Shown: positions 36,463-47,512 of the stretch, piece by piece | Position numbering within the stretch: position 1 is the first letter of the stretch | Layout: each line of letters begins with the position of its first letter | Virus record (IMG/VR): IMGVR_UViG_3300032240_002419 | Span: 1,803 to 65,802 of that record | Reading direction: 5' to 3' (one strand) | Length of the DNA: 64,000 nucleotides | Source: a virus | Lineage: Duplodnaviria; Caudoviricetes | Notes under the pieces: generated by a model | What the model saw: only the letters and a program-made list of their open reading frames with translations | Databases searched by the model: none | Told to the model about the DNA's origin: nothing | Program-made: the position numbers and the translations under genes

Positions 36463-38568
36463 TTAGACCTTTTCGTAATTGTTCTTGTCGTTGGGGCTGC
36501 CCCCCTTAAACCTAAACCCGTTCACAACATCGCCCTTTTTGGGCGGAGCTTTGGGTTGAGGCGCGGTCTGAGTAGCTTGGCCATTGGCACCGTTCTGGTC
36601 AACTTTTTCTTCTTCTATGCCCATAAGTTTTCTGTACCTCGCAAGCTCTGCAGCAGCTTCACGATGAAGTTTGGCAATAAGTTCAGGATTTTGAGCACTT
36701 TTAGCAACGTCAGATTCCAAAGCTGTTGCTCGATCTTCTCTATCTTTATACATTGCAAAAGCGTTTTTAGCCTCCGCAGACTCAGACTGTGCAAGGCGTT
36801 CTTCCCTTCTCCTGAGATTTTCTTCCTTGGAACGTACGCCTTCGGAAGCGGCCGCTTGCTTGAGGGCTTCTTCATTTTGACGACGATCCTTGGCCGTACC
36901 GCCAGCATTGTTATAAACGCTTTGCCTAACGAGATCCTCCAAGGACGCTCCCTGCAGATGCTGAAGCGCAAGACGGTTAAGTTCGCCTGAACTCTTTGTT
37001 CCGTTATTTTGCAGATATTGAGCGGCTGCTTGCGGGTTCTTCTCCACGTCGACACCGTTGGCGCGGGCCATCTCCTTGGCTGCCTCGGCGCGATCTGCTG
37101 CAATCTTAGCATCCCGCAGGGGATCACCATTGGGAGCGGGCTGCATGGCCTCTTCCATACGATTGCGGGCCGCGATCTGCGTTTCCCTAACGGCATTGGC
37201 CTGATCTTGAGCTGCAGTCTGCTGAGCGTAGGAGTTGATTCCGGGCAGTTGGATATTTCCAATCTGACCGCCTTTTTCCATTTCTTCCCTAGTGGGAAGA
37301 GCGGCAGCGGTGGAGAGAGCTCTCTGAACCGCTGTTTTTTGAGCTGCCTCGGTAGGAGCTGCGTTGGTAAACCGCATGGGACCGGGGTTCTGCACGTTTT
37401 CTTGCCCCTGCTCATTCCCAAGTTGGGGAAGATTGGTGGGCAGAGCCGCTCCACTACGATCAATTGCCACGGGTGACCTATTGAAACCGGGTTGACTTGC
37501 GGCCTTGTCACGCTCCGCCAGAAGATCTGCAAACGGCTGATTTGCTTTGATTCTCTGGTTTATGGCGTCCTCGTATTTGCTTGCAGGGCTACCGGGCATC
37601 ACGATTCCTTGTTTCAGGGCATTGTTGGCCTGCTGCTCCACGTAATCATTTGTCGGAACGATCTTAGTCGGCCTGCCGTTCTCGTCACGATCCAGAACAA
37701 CCCCTGACGCCAAAGCGGGCTTAGGAGCGTTACCCCGAGTCACGGACATCTTGCCGTAAGGAGTCTCGATGTATTCAGTCTTTCGACCCTGCTCGTCTAC
37801 GCCCTGAGTCCGGCTGGTCACTTGAAGCGGGAAAACTTTGCCGTTCTCATCAACGAGATCTCCGGCCTGTGAAGTTCCCGTGGTGGTATACTGTTTTCCA
37901 TCGGGACCTGTCACCAAGCGACCCTGTTGCTGGGCCAACCTATTTTCATCGTGCTGACGGAATACATCCTGCAGACGCTGAACGTTTGCCATCCCAGCGG
38001 CGTAATCGTTCGCCAGAGCTTCAGGACTCTGTTTTTCGCCTTTCCAAGAATGAGCCTGACCGTAACCCTGACGGAATTGAATATCCCTTAAAAGTCTAGC
38101 GGTTAAGTCGGGAGCATACAGTTTTGAAGTTGCTGCAGGGGCTTCTGTTGAGGGGGCAGTAGCTCCCACGGTAGTCGCAGTCGGTGCGGGGGCCCCAAGA
38201 TATTTACCCACTTCTGTATTCGCAAAACTTCGGGCAGGAGCCCCAATCACAGTTTGTCCCGTTTCGGCGGCAAAGTTCCCCGTAGCCTGAGCAGGAGCAC
38301 CTACCGCCGCCTGCCCCACTCCGGTAGCAAAATTACCAATATCAGACGCCAACGTTGCCCCGGAACCAACTCCCCCCATTTTAGCAAAGCTTTGTTTGGC
38401 GCTTTGTAGATAATCTTGATTCTGCACATGTTGGTTCATTCCGGCCGCTCCCTGTTGCGCGGCATCCGGTGCCGGAGCAGGTGTCACCAAGTTTCCGGAC
38501 ACGGCGGAAACGTCTTTAGGATCTTTTTGATCCTTGGGCTTTTTGTCGGAGTCGTCGGGGTTTGCCAT
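36463..38568 (-). CDS. internal virion protein
   Basis: Ala/Gln-rich; C-terminal PKKGDVVNGFRFKGGSPNDKNNYEKV. Confidence 0.65.
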   Translation of the reverse strand: MANPDDSDKKPKDQKDPKDVSAVSGNLVTPAPAPDAAQQGAAGMNQHVQNQDYLQSAKQSFAKMGGVGSGATLASDIGNFATGVGQAAVGAPAQATGNFAAETGQTVIGAPARSFANTEVGKYLGAPAPTATTVGATAPSTEAPAATSKLYAPDLTARLLRDIQFRQGYGQAHSWKGEKQSPEALANDYAAGMANVQRLQDVFRQHDENRLAQQQGRLVTGPDGKQYTTTGTSQAGDLVDENGKVFPLQVTSRTQGVDEQGRKTEYIETPYGKMSVTRGNAPKPALASGVVLDRDENGRPTKIVPTNDYVEQQANNALKQGIVMPGSPASKYEDAINQRIKANQPFADLLAERDKAASQPGFNRSPVAIDRSGAALPTNLPQLGNEQGQENVQNPGPMRFTNAAPTEAAQKTAVQRALSTAAALPTREEMEKGGQIGNIQLPGINSYAQQTAAQDQANAVRETQIAARNRMEEAMQPAPNGDPLRDAKIAADRAEAAKEMARANGVDVEKNPQAAAQYLQNNGTKSSGELNRLALQHLQGASLEDLVRQSVYNNAGGTAKDRRQNEEALKQAAASEGVRSKEENLRRREERLAQSESAEAKNAFAMYKDREDRATALESDVAKSAQNPELIAKLHREAAAELARYRKLMGIEEEKVDQNGANGQATQTAPQPKAPPKKGDVVNGFRFKGGSPNDKNNYEKV

Positions 38569-38572
38569 TGTT

Positions 38573-39400
38573 TTACTTGGGCTGGTTTCGGAGGTAGCTC
38601 CGGTATTCGGCGTGGTTAAACGTAGGGAGGCCCGCCTTGAGCCTGTCCATGTTAAGACGATCCATGGAACTCATCGCGCCATTGTAAGTGGTTCCGGTGT
38701 CCTTTTTGAATTTGGCGTTCCAATCTGTTCCCGAAGGCTGTCCTCCCCCCACTGCAGCGGGAGGGTTAACGGCACTATTAGGAGCGGGCATTCCGTTTGC
38801 GATTCCGTTCAGCGGGGTGATTTTGGTCTGCGCCGTAGCGGGGGGCGAGACCAATCCGTTCATGAGTCCGGCATTCGGGGTGAGCGAAAGTCCGGCAGGA
38901 AGCTTAAGGGGATTCATCGGAGCGCCAACAGAATTGTAGGCAGTTGATCCAAATGCGGATGCAGGTTTTTGGAACGGTGCTGCAGTGCTAGTGACAGGAG
39001 ATGTGCCGTTCAAGATTCCTGCATTGGGGGTAATTGCAGGAGCAGGGGAGGAAACTGTACTCGTTGGGGAGGAAACAGAAGTTCCGGGAAGATTAATAAC
39101 TTTAGATCCATACTCAATGTCGGGTTTTGCATACTGTCCAATCAACGCAGGAGCGGGTCCTTCAGGAAGAGCTCTGCCCTCGGGAGTATACGTAGCGCTC
39201 TTTAAGCCGTCGTTAACGAAACCACCATTCATCAAACTCGCATTAGGTGTGATGCTAAGTCCTCCCATACCGGAATACTGACCGGGAGAGTACGGAGTCT
39301 GTGCAGCTTTGAAAGCATCGAGGCGGGGAGTAGCTGCAGCCATAGGCTGACTCTGGGCAGCTTTGAAAGCATCGAGGCGAGGTGTTTGGACTTCGGCCAT
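38573..39400 (-). CDS. low-complexity Pro/Ala-rich virion-associated protein
   Basis: RLDAFKAAQ x2, TPNAxxxNG x3. Confidence 0.6.
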   Translation of the reverse strand: MAEVQTPRLDAFKAAQSQPMAAATPRLDAFKAAQTPYSPGQYSGMGGLSITPNASLMNGGFVNDGLKSATYTPEGRALPEGPAPALIGQYAKPDIEYGSKVINLPGTSVSSPTSTVSSPAPAITPNAGILNGTSPVTSTAAPFQKPASAFGSTAYNSVGAPMNPLKLPAGLSLTPNAGLMNGLVSPPATAQTKITPLNGIANGMPAPNSAVNPPAAVGGGQPSGTDWNAKFKKDTGTTYNGAMSSMDRLNMDRLKAGLPTFNHAEYRSYLRNQPK

Positions 39401-39412
39401 AATAGTGGTGGG

Positions 39413-40405
39413 TTAGTATCTTTGCGGTATCCGCATCGCTGCGGCAATTGGGTTCATGTTCATGGTGATCACGGGGGCCCCCATGTCTTCTTTCAACTCC
39501 GCGTTCAGTAGTTGAATGGCTTTGTTGAAATAGGAGTCGGCCCTCTCGACGTCGTTCTTGTCCTCGTACTGGAGGGACATAAGAACCAGTTTCAGGGCAC
39601 CTTCGTTTCCGGGCACTATCACGGTTTCATCATCCGGCCCGTCGACCAAATAGTTAAATTTACGTTTGCAAAGGCAAAGAATTCTAGAAGCAAACTCCGC
39701 TCCGCCAAGACGATACCGCTTGTATTGAGGAATCGTTTCGGTGGCCTCAAACGAGGCAATAAGATTTTTCTGGGATGTATTGTCGGGGTTCACCGCATAC
39801 ATGTTGATGGTACCCTGCGTCACTGGCTTGTGAACCTCGAGTACCTTGCCCCAAGTTGTTGTGGTCAGGGTAGTATTCATACCGAGGCTTAGGTGAGAGT
39901 TACCCGTGCCGTCGAATACGTACTGGCCGTCTTTATTAAGACCAATAACTTTGATGCTGACTGCAGAATCGTCTGCGTCCACGTTCTCGAACCGGATGTA
40001 GAAAGGAAGCGTAGGGTCGGTGAAGATTGGGAATCCATCACCCATATCCACGGCCATCTGCATGGATGTCCCTGCGGCAAGCTGTCCGTTGCCACCGGCG
40101 ATGAACTCCTGCCAACGGGGGAACACCAACCTAGGAATGGCAGGAAGCCCTGCGGCTCCGAATTGAATTCCAAGCAAAGACTGAAACTGGCGGGGGAGGG
40201 TGACGTATTGTACGGCCTCGTCGGGGAACCAGTTGGTATTCTGGCAGTTATTGAAGACGATTGTGGTCGTCAAGCCCTTCCACTTGCCGCTGTTGTAGAT
40301 ACGCTCCAGAGCGGAGTTGATACGGTCAGTCACAAGACCCGTATCAAGATTCGGACCTACATACCGGTACAGCTTTTGTCGGGCTAAAGAGAGTGTAAAA
40401 GGCAT
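39413..40405 (-). CDS. head-tail adaptor / tail tubular protein A-like
   Basis: INSALERIY..GKW, VTLPRQF, C-terminal helix ADSYFNKAIQLL; position in operon. Confidence 0.6.
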   Translation of the reverse strand: MPFTLSLARQKLYRYVGPNLDTGLVTDRINSALERIYNSGKWKGLTTTIVFNNCQNTNWFPDEAVQYVTLPRQFQSLLGIQFGAAGLPAIPRLVFPRWQEFIAGGNGQLAAGTSMQMAVDMGDGFPIFTDPTLPFYIRFENVDADDSAVSIKVIGLNKDGQYVFDGTGNSHLSLGMNTTLTTTTWGKVLEVHKPVTQGTINMYAVNPDNTSQKNLIASFEATETIPQYKRYRLGGAEFASRILCLCKRKFNYLVDGPDDETVIVPGNEGALKLVLMSLQYEDKNDVERADSYFNKAIQLLNAELKEDMGAPVITMNMNPIAAAMRIPQRY

Positions 40406-40502
40406 TTGGAGAAGGTTGTGGCGTCATAAATCACCAGCCCTCTGCCAAAAGGCTATCGGCGCAAATTTGACCGAAACACTTATTTTTTGTCAAGAGCATA
40501 AT

Positions 40503-40781
40503 TTACGCAAATACGGGTCCCCAAAGACCGAGAGGACAGGAAGAGGTAGCTAGTTTTAATTTAAGTTTAGCTATGCATCCGCATTTCGTGCACTTACCTT
40601 TTCCAAAAAAAGCCAAATGGTCAAAAAACTCGCAGCAGCGGCAAATTGACAACCTTTCTTCCTGATCGTATTTAGAAGCAAACTGTAATCCCGAGTGCGC
40701 CCATTTGACCATGTCAGTTCCAAAACTGACTGTTTTTTCTCCCATAGTAGGAGAGTCATCCGTTTTATCATCCAAACTCAT
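40503..40781 (-). CDS. small Cys-rich protein
   Basis: ERLSICRCC..CTKCGC..K..ATSSCPLGLW. Confidence 0.75.
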   Translation of the reverse strand: MSLDDKTDDSPTMGEKTVSFGTDMVKWAHSGLQFASKYDQEERLSICRCCEFFDHLAFFGKGKCTKCGCIAKLKLKLATSSCPLGLWGPVFA

Positions 40782-40799
40782 GCGACGTAATGTTAAATT

Positions 40800-42725
40800 T
40801 TAAGATTTCTGCACCGGAGACGCTAATATTTTATAAGTTTTTTGGTTTCCGTCTTTATCACACAGGGTCACTTCTACAGGTTCAAATTTATCCTCGTCGA
40901 TTGTAATCGCGTCGGCTTCCAATTTCATGTTTGCATCGCCGTCCGTGATCTCTATGTACGGCTGGTCATTTATGGTTACGGAAGTGCTATCTGATCCATA
41001 AACCATTATTTCCCCATCCGCAGAATCGTACGACATTCCGGAATTATCATCCGCTTCCACTTGTATAGAGGAAGTGTTTATAGTCGTTGTATTGTTACTG
41101 CCGTCGTCAAGGGTTATTGTAACCTCTCCGCCATCACTATTTACGTCGATGGTAGCGTTAGGTTGATCCTGATTTGGAGTCCCATCATTACCCAACTGAC
41201 CGATAAACAGTTCACTGGTAGTGAGTTTTGCACCGGAGGAATTTCCGTCATCCAAAGCCACCGATACTTCTCCGTCAGTAACATCAATATTTAAATTAGG
41301 CTTGTCGGGATCTGTTTCTCCTCCGCTATCCAAGCTACCGATAAATAGTTCGCTGGTGGTGAGCTTAGCCGCACTTGAGCTGCCATCGTCCAAAATTAAA
41401 GTCACATCTCCCCCGTTAGTATCCACATCCAGATCAAAATTTGGCTTATCCGGATCGTGTTCTCCTGAACTATCCAAGCTACCTATGAATAAAGAACTGG
41501 TTGTCAACTCCGAAGCAGCGGATTTACCGTTGTCCATTGTAACGGTAACCTCTCCCCCGTTAGTATCCACATCTAGATCAAAATTCGGCTTATCCGGATC
41601 GTGTTCTCCTGAACCATCCAAGCTTCCAATAAATAACGAGCTGGTCGTCAACTCCGAAGCGGCAGACTTACCGTTGTCCATTGTAACGGTAACCTCTCCC
41701 CCGTTAGTATCCACATCTAGATCAAAATTCGGCTTATCCGGATCGTGTTCTCCCGCATCGTCGAGGTGGCCTATGAATAAAGAGCTGGTTGTCAACTCCG
41801 AAGCGGCAGACTTACCGTTATCCATCGTAACTGTGACTTCCCCACCTTTCGTATCGACATCCAAATCAAAATTAGGATATTCCGGGTCAATATCTCCTTT
41901 ATCATCCAGACTTCCTATAAACAACGAGCTGGTATCTAATCGTGATGCAGCATTCTGTCCGTTATCTAACGTAACCGTGACCTCTTGTCCTTCATCATTT
42001 GCCTCTACGTGAAAGCTGACCTCGGAACCAGAAGGCCCTCGCCTTACCCATACATCTTGAGAATCAGCAAAGAAATACGCTGTGTCGGTATTGTCATTGC
42101 TATTATCAACGTAAAGAGCCTTGTCGGTATAGACATTACTACTGATGTAGTTGAGGGTCTGAAGTTGACCCATTGAATCGGCGTAAACTTGTCCAACAAG
42201 AATGTTTCGGTCGGTTCCGGTATCTTGAGCGTTCGGATCTTCTCCCGAAGTCTCAAGAGTAATATTATTCCCAATTTCAGAGGTTTCGCTATCAAAAGGA
42301 ATCTGTAAATAAACGTATGTCGTGTCTCCTTCAAGCGGAAGGGTAAAGATTTCCCCTTCAACCATTTCGCTGGGGGGGTAACCGTCTACCTCCCCATAGC
42401 TCACTATAATAATATTGTCGCCATTGTCGTCTTGCCCGATAGACAGAGCGAACGGGAAAGGGTAGGAATCGCCCGAACTTATCGGACTACTAATAGCAAG
42501 AGGCTCGGGAGTCTTGAGGCTTCCGCTATAGTCTGTAACTTGAGGGTCTAACTGAGTCGTAGATTCCCTATTACCGTATCCTCCGGAATAACCGGGAGAA
42601 CTGGTATTCTGTACCATGGGGTTTCCACGAACCCCCAAGCCGTCTCTTACCCATCGAGGTTGAGCCTGTTGAATGGCATTTAAAATATCTGGAGATATTT
42701 GTGGGGCAGAATCATCGAGCGCCAT
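40800..42725 (-). CDS. acidic tail spike/needle-like protein with 48-aa tandem repeats
   Basis: Six repeats of SSLFIGSLD..DPDKPNFDLDVDTNGGEVTVTMDNGKSAASELTT. Confidence 0.7.
   Translation of the reverse strand: MALDDSAPQISPDILNAIQQAQPRWVRDGLGVRGNPMVQNTSSPGYSGGYGNRESTTQLDPQVTDYSGSLKTPEPLAISSPISSGDSYPFPFALSIGQDDNGDNIIIVSYGEVDGYPPSEMVEGEIFTLPLEGDTTYVYLQIPFDSETSEIGNNITLETSGEDPNAQDTGTDRNILVGQVYADSMGQLQTLNYISSNVYTDKALYVDNSNDNTDTAYFFADSQDVWVRRGPSGSEVSFHVEANDEGQEVTVTLDNGQNAASRLDTSSLFIGSLDDKGDIDPEYPNFDLDVDTKGGEVTVTMDNGKSAASELTTSSLFIGHLDDAGEHDPDKPNFDLDVDTNGGEVTVTMDNGKSAASELTTSSLFIGSLDGSGEHDPDKPNFDLDVDTNGGEVTVTMDNGKSAASELTTSSLFIGSLDSSGEHDPDKPNFDLDVDTNGGDVTLILDDGSSSAAKLTTSELFIGSLDSGGETDPDKPNLNIDVTDGEVSVALDDGNSSGAKLTTSELFIGQLGNDGTPNQDQPNATIDVNSDGGEVTITLDDGSNNTTTINTSSIQVEADDNSGMSYDSADGEIMVYGSDSTSVTINDQPYIEITDGDANMKLEADAITIDEDKFEPVEVTLCDKDGNQKTYKILASPVQKS
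41075..41935 (-). repeat. 144-bp intragenic tandem repeat
   Basis: CCGTTAGTATCCACATC recurs at 41413, 41557, 41701. Confidence 0.9.
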
Positions 42726-42727
42726 GT

Positions 42728-45316
42728 TTAAGGCCTAGTTATAGTTGTTACTTCCTGAATCCAAACTCCAAATCTCCATTTTTCAGTGCGAATTTCCGAA
42801 ATAAGAGTTCCTCCGGATTGTATAGGAGCAGAGCTATCCGGCAAAACCAAAGTGGCTTTTGCCGTCCCTTCCGCTTTGGCATAGGCTGCCGGATAGCTGT
42901 TGTTTCCGGGAACGCTTCCGCCCGTAGCAGTGTTTTCAATTAGGCCGGTATCGCTTTCGCCAATTTCAGTTAGCGATACGCTAGAATGGACACACGGCCC
43001 TATGTTATGCCTTACGGCCACGACGTCGACGTCGACCGCATAAGATCCTCCCGATTCGGTTTCCGTTTCGCCTTTTCCTCGAACATAAGACGTTTCTTTT
43101 GAACTACCCCCGACTCCCGTGATTACTATGGAACCGATAACGGGTAGAATCGGAGTTACCGCCGAAGTACCGGTGGGAGGAGACAAGTAAAAAGTGCGAG
43201 TAGTAGTGGCGGAGCAGGGTCCAGAATATCCCGCATTAAATTTGGTGTACGGCACCCCACGAATAATGGCTTTAGCCGACGACTCAGCCTGAGCAGTCCA
43301 TATAACATTACCGTCTCCCGTTCCGCTTCCGGCTGCCCCTCCTTTTCCCGTAGAAGATTCATAATAAACTCCAGCCTCGATAAGTTCGTCGGGAAAACTG
43401 AAATGTACAGTATGCGACCACGTTTCTTGAGATGGTAAAGAACTCTGATCTACGAACGAATGCATCAAAATTGAATTATAGGGATCAATTGGATGAAGCT
43501 CGTACGATTCATTCGTTTGTATGGTTGCGGGTATCAAATTGGGAGTTGTGGGGTCTACTAGAGTTTTATCTACGTAAACCTTCACCTTATACATTTCATC
43601 TACGTGAACTTCCCTGAGCGTCGCTGGCTTAGAAGGATATTTGGTTGTTTTACGAACATATCTTCCATCTCCGGTAGGTTCTACTTCATCTTTGGCCGTA
43701 AGATAACCCCCAGTAGCTGCAGGAGGCCACGTTCCGCTTGTGCCAGATCCACCTTGATTTAATAGGGATTCGGAAACCGTCTCTTGACCCCACATTCCGG
43801 TTTGACTGCCATTCAAAACAACGTCTTTACCCGACATCGAGGACACGGAGGTCTTTTTCTTGAGCGAGGTAACCTGCTCGGAAGAGCGATCCATTTCGTA
43901 CGACTGTTTAAAAGCAACGTCGCTGGAAGTGACCGTACCAGCCTGAACATGAGATTCCTTTACCGGGGGGTCAGCCACCTTGAACTTCATCGGCAGGCCC
44001 CAAAGAGGTTTTTCACTAGTGTAGGCTTGCTCAGTAAATAAAGTGGGGGCTTGGACTTGAGTTAAAACCGTACTTCCATCTCCCACGGCCTCTATGGAAC
44101 CTTCTACCGTAAGAGCATCCACAACTATAGCTTGCCCTCCGGTTGGATCGTAAGACTCCGTGACGGTTCCCAATTGCTGTTGGGGCGTTACTTTGTACCC
44201 TACAAGAGTTTTCTGAGGCGTTATAGTACGAGAAACTGATGTCTTGCGTTTCTTATACTGAGTAACTTGTTCTTCGCTTTTGGAGAGATCTCCAGTGCTG
44301 AGCGTCGGTTGGGTTGCCGTGCCAACCTCTATACCACTGTTAGTTACGGTAGGTATCGCGACGCGGAATTTTTGAGGAACGACATCTGGTCGTTCGGCAA
44401 CAAGCCTTGTCTCAGGAAACACGCTGGGTACGGATACTTTCGTTACGACACTTTGACCGTTACCAAGATTTTCAACATTTCCTTCTACCGTAAGGGCATC
44501 TGCTATAACCCTATCCTGCCCGCTTCCGGTGGGAACCATAGTTTCCGTAACCGTAGCAACTTGCTGCTGCGAAGTAATTTTTGATCCCCCCAGCGAAACT
44601 ATGTTTGTATCTAGGGTGGAATTTACTTTTTGAGCTTTAGCAATGCTTGCCTGCTCAACCGAACTTTCCACAATTGTAGAAGTAGTATCGTCCGGAATTG
44701 AATTTGCGGCCACCGTAGTTTTGGTGACGGTAACCTGACGGGCTGCTTGAAATTTAGTCGGTATCGCAGAAGCAGATCCTTTTTTTAGAGTCGTTAGTCC
44801 GGGTCCGGGAAGTGTCTCGTAGACCCGAGTGACCTTTACGAAAAGAGAGTCAAGTTGTCCATCGGTCTGATCATCCTTGATACGATCTACGGATTCCTCA
44901 ACCAAAACAGCTGCCGCATAAACCGAATCGGGAGTTCCTTTAGATACGGGAGCGTATGTAGCTCGGGGAAGAGTGTAGGTACGGACATAGATCGGCTTGG
45001 TGGGGTCCTCTCCGCTGTACTTGAGCGCGTAGTTGTAGGCTTCTTGATTAAATCGTTCGTTGGCGTAAACCCGCCTAACCCACATGTAGTTGTTCTCGTT
45101 GTCGAGCGGGGTCTGATAAACGAGTTTGAGATTGGGGTAAAGGGTGTAATCCGGATGGGGGTCACCGTAATTTGCCGGAGAGTATCCGGGCAACCTAGTA
45201 TCTACATCCTGAACCACCAGCAAATCACTGGTATTGGGAGTAGGGTAACTAGTTACCGGAACGTCAGGAGATAACGTTCTGGGAGGTGGTTGTTTGGGAG
45301 AATTAGAAGCCATCAA
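42728..45316 (-). CDS. Thr/Ser/Val-rich tail structural protein with internal repeats
   Basis: Repeated PxKF...SEQVT..KK and QQQxxTVTE..DALTVEG units. Confidence 0.7.
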   Translation of the reverse strand: MMASNSPKQPPPRTLSPDVPVTSYPTPNTSDLLVVQDVDTRLPGYSPANYGDPHPDYTLYPNLKLVYQTPLDNENNYMWVRRVYANERFNQEAYNYALKYSGEDPTKPIYVRTYTLPRATYAPVSKGTPDSVYAAAVLVEESVDRIKDDQTDGQLDSLFVKVTRVYETLPGPGLTTLKKGSASAIPTKFQAARQVTVTKTTVAANSIPDDTTSTIVESSVEQASIAKAQKVNSTLDTNIVSLGGSKITSQQQVATVTETMVPTGSGQDRVIADALTVEGNVENLGNGQSVVTKVSVPSVFPETRLVAERPDVVPQKFRVAIPTVTNSGIEVGTATQPTLSTGDLSKSEEQVTQYKKRKTSVSRTITPQKTLVGYKVTPQQQLGTVTESYDPTGGQAIVVDALTVEGSIEAVGDGSTVLTQVQAPTLFTEQAYTSEKPLWGLPMKFKVADPPVKESHVQAGTVTSSDVAFKQSYEMDRSSEQVTSLKKKTSVSSMSGKDVVLNGSQTGMWGQETVSESLLNQGGSGTSGTWPPAATGGYLTAKDEVEPTGDGRYVRKTTKYPSKPATLREVHVDEMYKVKVYVDKTLVDPTTPNLIPATIQTNESYELHPIDPYNSILMHSFVDQSSLPSQETWSHTVHFSFPDELIEAGVYYESSTGKGGAAGSGTGDGNVIWTAQAESSAKAIIRGVPYTKFNAGYSGPCSATTTRTFYLSPPTGTSAVTPILPVIGSIVITGVGGSSKETSYVRGKGETETESGGSYAVDVDVVAVRHNIGPCVHSSVSLTEIGESDTGLIENTATGGSVPGNNSYPAAYAKAEGTAKATLVLPDSSAPIQSGGTLISEIRTEKWRFGVWIQEVTTITRP

Positions 45317-45343
45317 AAACGACTGGTTAGGGTCGATTGGAAA

Positions 45344-46936
45344 TTAGTATTCCCAAACCCAAGTATCAGTATCAACTTTTAAAAGTATTCCCATGGCACC
45401 TTTACCCGAATACATGTTGTAGTCGAAGCCTCCACTGGCTCCCGTAGCTCCGCGATTAGGCCCAGTAGTAAGCAAGGTTACTCCAGAAGAAACTACTATG
45501 TAAACTGGATTACCGTACCCCATGACAATCCAATAACGAGTACCGGCCGAAACTGGTACAGAAGCATTAGTGGGAATCGTTATAGTAGCGGAACCGCTGG
45601 AGTTCTTTACATATATAACTCCGTTAGCATTTGCAGTTCCAATTCCAAAAGTGGTGGTCTGAGGGTATACCGTCAACGAAGAATTTGATAGCCCAGTCGC
45701 TCCGGTGGCTCCTGTAATCCCTATCGGCCCCGTAGCCCCAGAGGCTCCAAGCAAAGAAGAAACGGTCGACGACCAACTGTTAAAGGTTCCAGTACCGCCA
45801 TAAACATCAACATTTATGGTAATGCTGGTATTGGATACCACGCTGGTTACCACTCCTTCTACATAATAAGCAGAATTTGTAGTGGGTATAAACCTAACGC
45901 GACCTCCGGCAACGTACGCTCCCGTTGAAGAAACATTAAAAGTTTTTGATCCAGATCCAATGGTTACCGAGCTAGTACTAGCGGGAAGCAAATAACCCAG
46001 CCCAGTAGCGCCAGTAAGTCCCGTTGCTCCGGTAGAACCTGTCGCTCCAGTAAGTCCTGTCGCTCCGGTGGCTCCTGATCCGGTAGCTCCTACAGTCGAA
46101 GTAAGTAGTATAGACCAGCTAGAGTATACCGGACCAATATTTAGAGAGCAGTAATCTACCGTTACGATTAAAGTAGTGCCTGAAAAAGAGGTAATCGTTC
46201 CGGACATATAACCGGAATTTCCCGTGGCCACACATCTTACGTAATCCCCAACTTGAAAAGCACAGGCAGTACTGGCCAACGAAGTAGTAAAAGTACGTGT
46301 ACCAGAAGCAACGGCAGCTAAGCTAGTAGTAGAAGTAAGGCCCTTATACCCCAATCCCGTAGCTCCCGTAGATCCTATTAAACCGGTAGCTCCTGTAACG
46401 CTCAGACCCGTCGCTCCAGTAAGTCCTGTCGCTCCTGTAGATCCCGTATTACCTTGAAAAGCGCCCATGGAAACCCAAGACGTGCCGTTCCAAACGTATG
46501 CGAAACCGTTAGTGCTAAGTACATAGACGTCGCCCACAGTATTTCCGGTAGAGGGCAAAGTGGAAACTACTCCCTTGGCCAAGATACCCTTCCCTGTAGC
46601 TCCGGTGGCTCCGGCTCCAGTCGCACCAGTAGCTCCCAACAATCCAGTAGCCCCAGTAGCACCGTTAGGTCCAGTAGCCCCGGTTACACTAACTCCGGTC
46701 GCTCCAGTAGCTCCCATTACTCCGGTAGCTCCGACTCCCGTAGCCCCGGAAGCACCAACCGATCCCGTTAACCCGGTAGCTCCAATTCCAGTAGCTCCAG
46801 TAAGCCCTGTAGCTCCTACCAAACCTACTCCGGTAGCCCCGACAGGACCTGTAGCCCCGGTGGCTCCGGTAGCTCCAGAGGTTAGTACTTGAAAAGGAGT
46901 GGACGGGAAAGTCCCGAGGTTTAGGGAATAGCTCAT
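45344..46936 (-). CDS. collagen-like (G-X-T) fibre protein 3
   Basis: GAT/GLT triplets interrupted by two copies of a beta module; C-terminal KVDTDTW. Confidence 0.85.
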   Translation of the reverse strand: MSYSLNLGTFPSTPFQVLTSGATGATGATGPVGATGVGLVGATGLTGATGIGATGLTGSVGASGATGVGATGVMGATGATGVSVTGATGPNGATGATGLLGATGATGAGATGATGKGILAKGVVSTLPSTGNTVGDVYVLSTNGFAYVWNGTSWVSMGAFQGNTGSTGATGLTGATGLSVTGATGLIGSTGATGLGYKGLTSTTSLAAVASGTRTFTTSLASTACAFQVGDYVRCVATGNSGYMSGTITSFSGTTLIVTVDYCSLNIGPVYSSWSILLTSTVGATGSGATGATGLTGATGSTGATGLTGATGLGYLLPASTSSVTIGSGSKTFNVSSTGAYVAGGRVRFIPTTNSAYYVEGVVTSVVSNTSITINVDVYGGTGTFNSWSSTVSSLLGASGATGPIGITGATGATGLSNSSLTVYPQTTTFGIGTANANGVIYVKNSSGSATITIPTNASVPVSAGTRYWIVMGYGNPVYIVVSSGVTLLTTGPNRGATGASGGFDYNMYSGKGAMGILLKVDTDTWVWEY

Positions 46937-47283
46937 TGTGTGGTTACGGTTGGGTCGACATATACTTTACCTTCTGACAGACATAGACGACTTTGGTCTG
47001 TAAAAATCGCAATAATATCATAGACCCAAGGGGTACTGGTGGGAGAACCGAGATTGCCGGTTGCCGGAAGTTTAGAAGTCACATCATGGGGGATAAACAG
47101 AAAAAGATTGGTCCCATTCCAACTTGTCTGTACGTCAGCGAGTACCGGACCCCCGGAATATCTACGTATTTGGCACAGAAAAGTCACGTCTCCGGTAGAC
47201 ACGGTAGTAGACGTTAACGAAAGATTTGATACAAAATCAGATCCTTGCTTGATGGTGGGAAAATCCTGTAAAAGGGTACTCAT
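46933..47283 (-). CDS. fibre adaptor (BppU-N-like Ig fold)
   Basis: [28 protein letters not shown]. Confidence 0.65.
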   Translation of the reverse strand: MSTLLQDFPTIKQGSDFVSNLSLTSTTVSTGDVTFLCQIRRYSGGPVLADVQTSWNGTNLFLFIPHDVTSKLPATGNLGSPTSTPWVYDIIAIFTDQSRLCLSEGKVYVDPTVTTQ

Positions 47284-47313
47284 AGTCGCGTTCGGTGATA
47301 TATCACCCAGACC

Positions 47314-47508
47314 CTACTCGTCAAGCTCAAAGGAGTCGGATTTTTTGCGATTTCGGATATTTTTAGTGGGGCGATAAAAACCACCGACTTCATCGTCATC
47401 GTCGTACAAACATATTTCGCACAAACCATTATAGACGGCGGGCTCTTCGTCGCATTTGCGGCAAAGATTGTGGTCAGAATTGTAGTCAGAACTGGCGGCA
47501 GCAGTCAT
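47314..47508 (-). CDS. small zinc-finger-like protein
   Basis: CRKC...LCEIC. Confidence 0.55.
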   Translation of the reverse strand: MTAAASSDYNSDHNLCRKCDEEPAVYNGLCEICLYDDDDEVGGFYRPTKNIRNRKKSDSFELDE

Positions 47509-47512
47509 AAAA

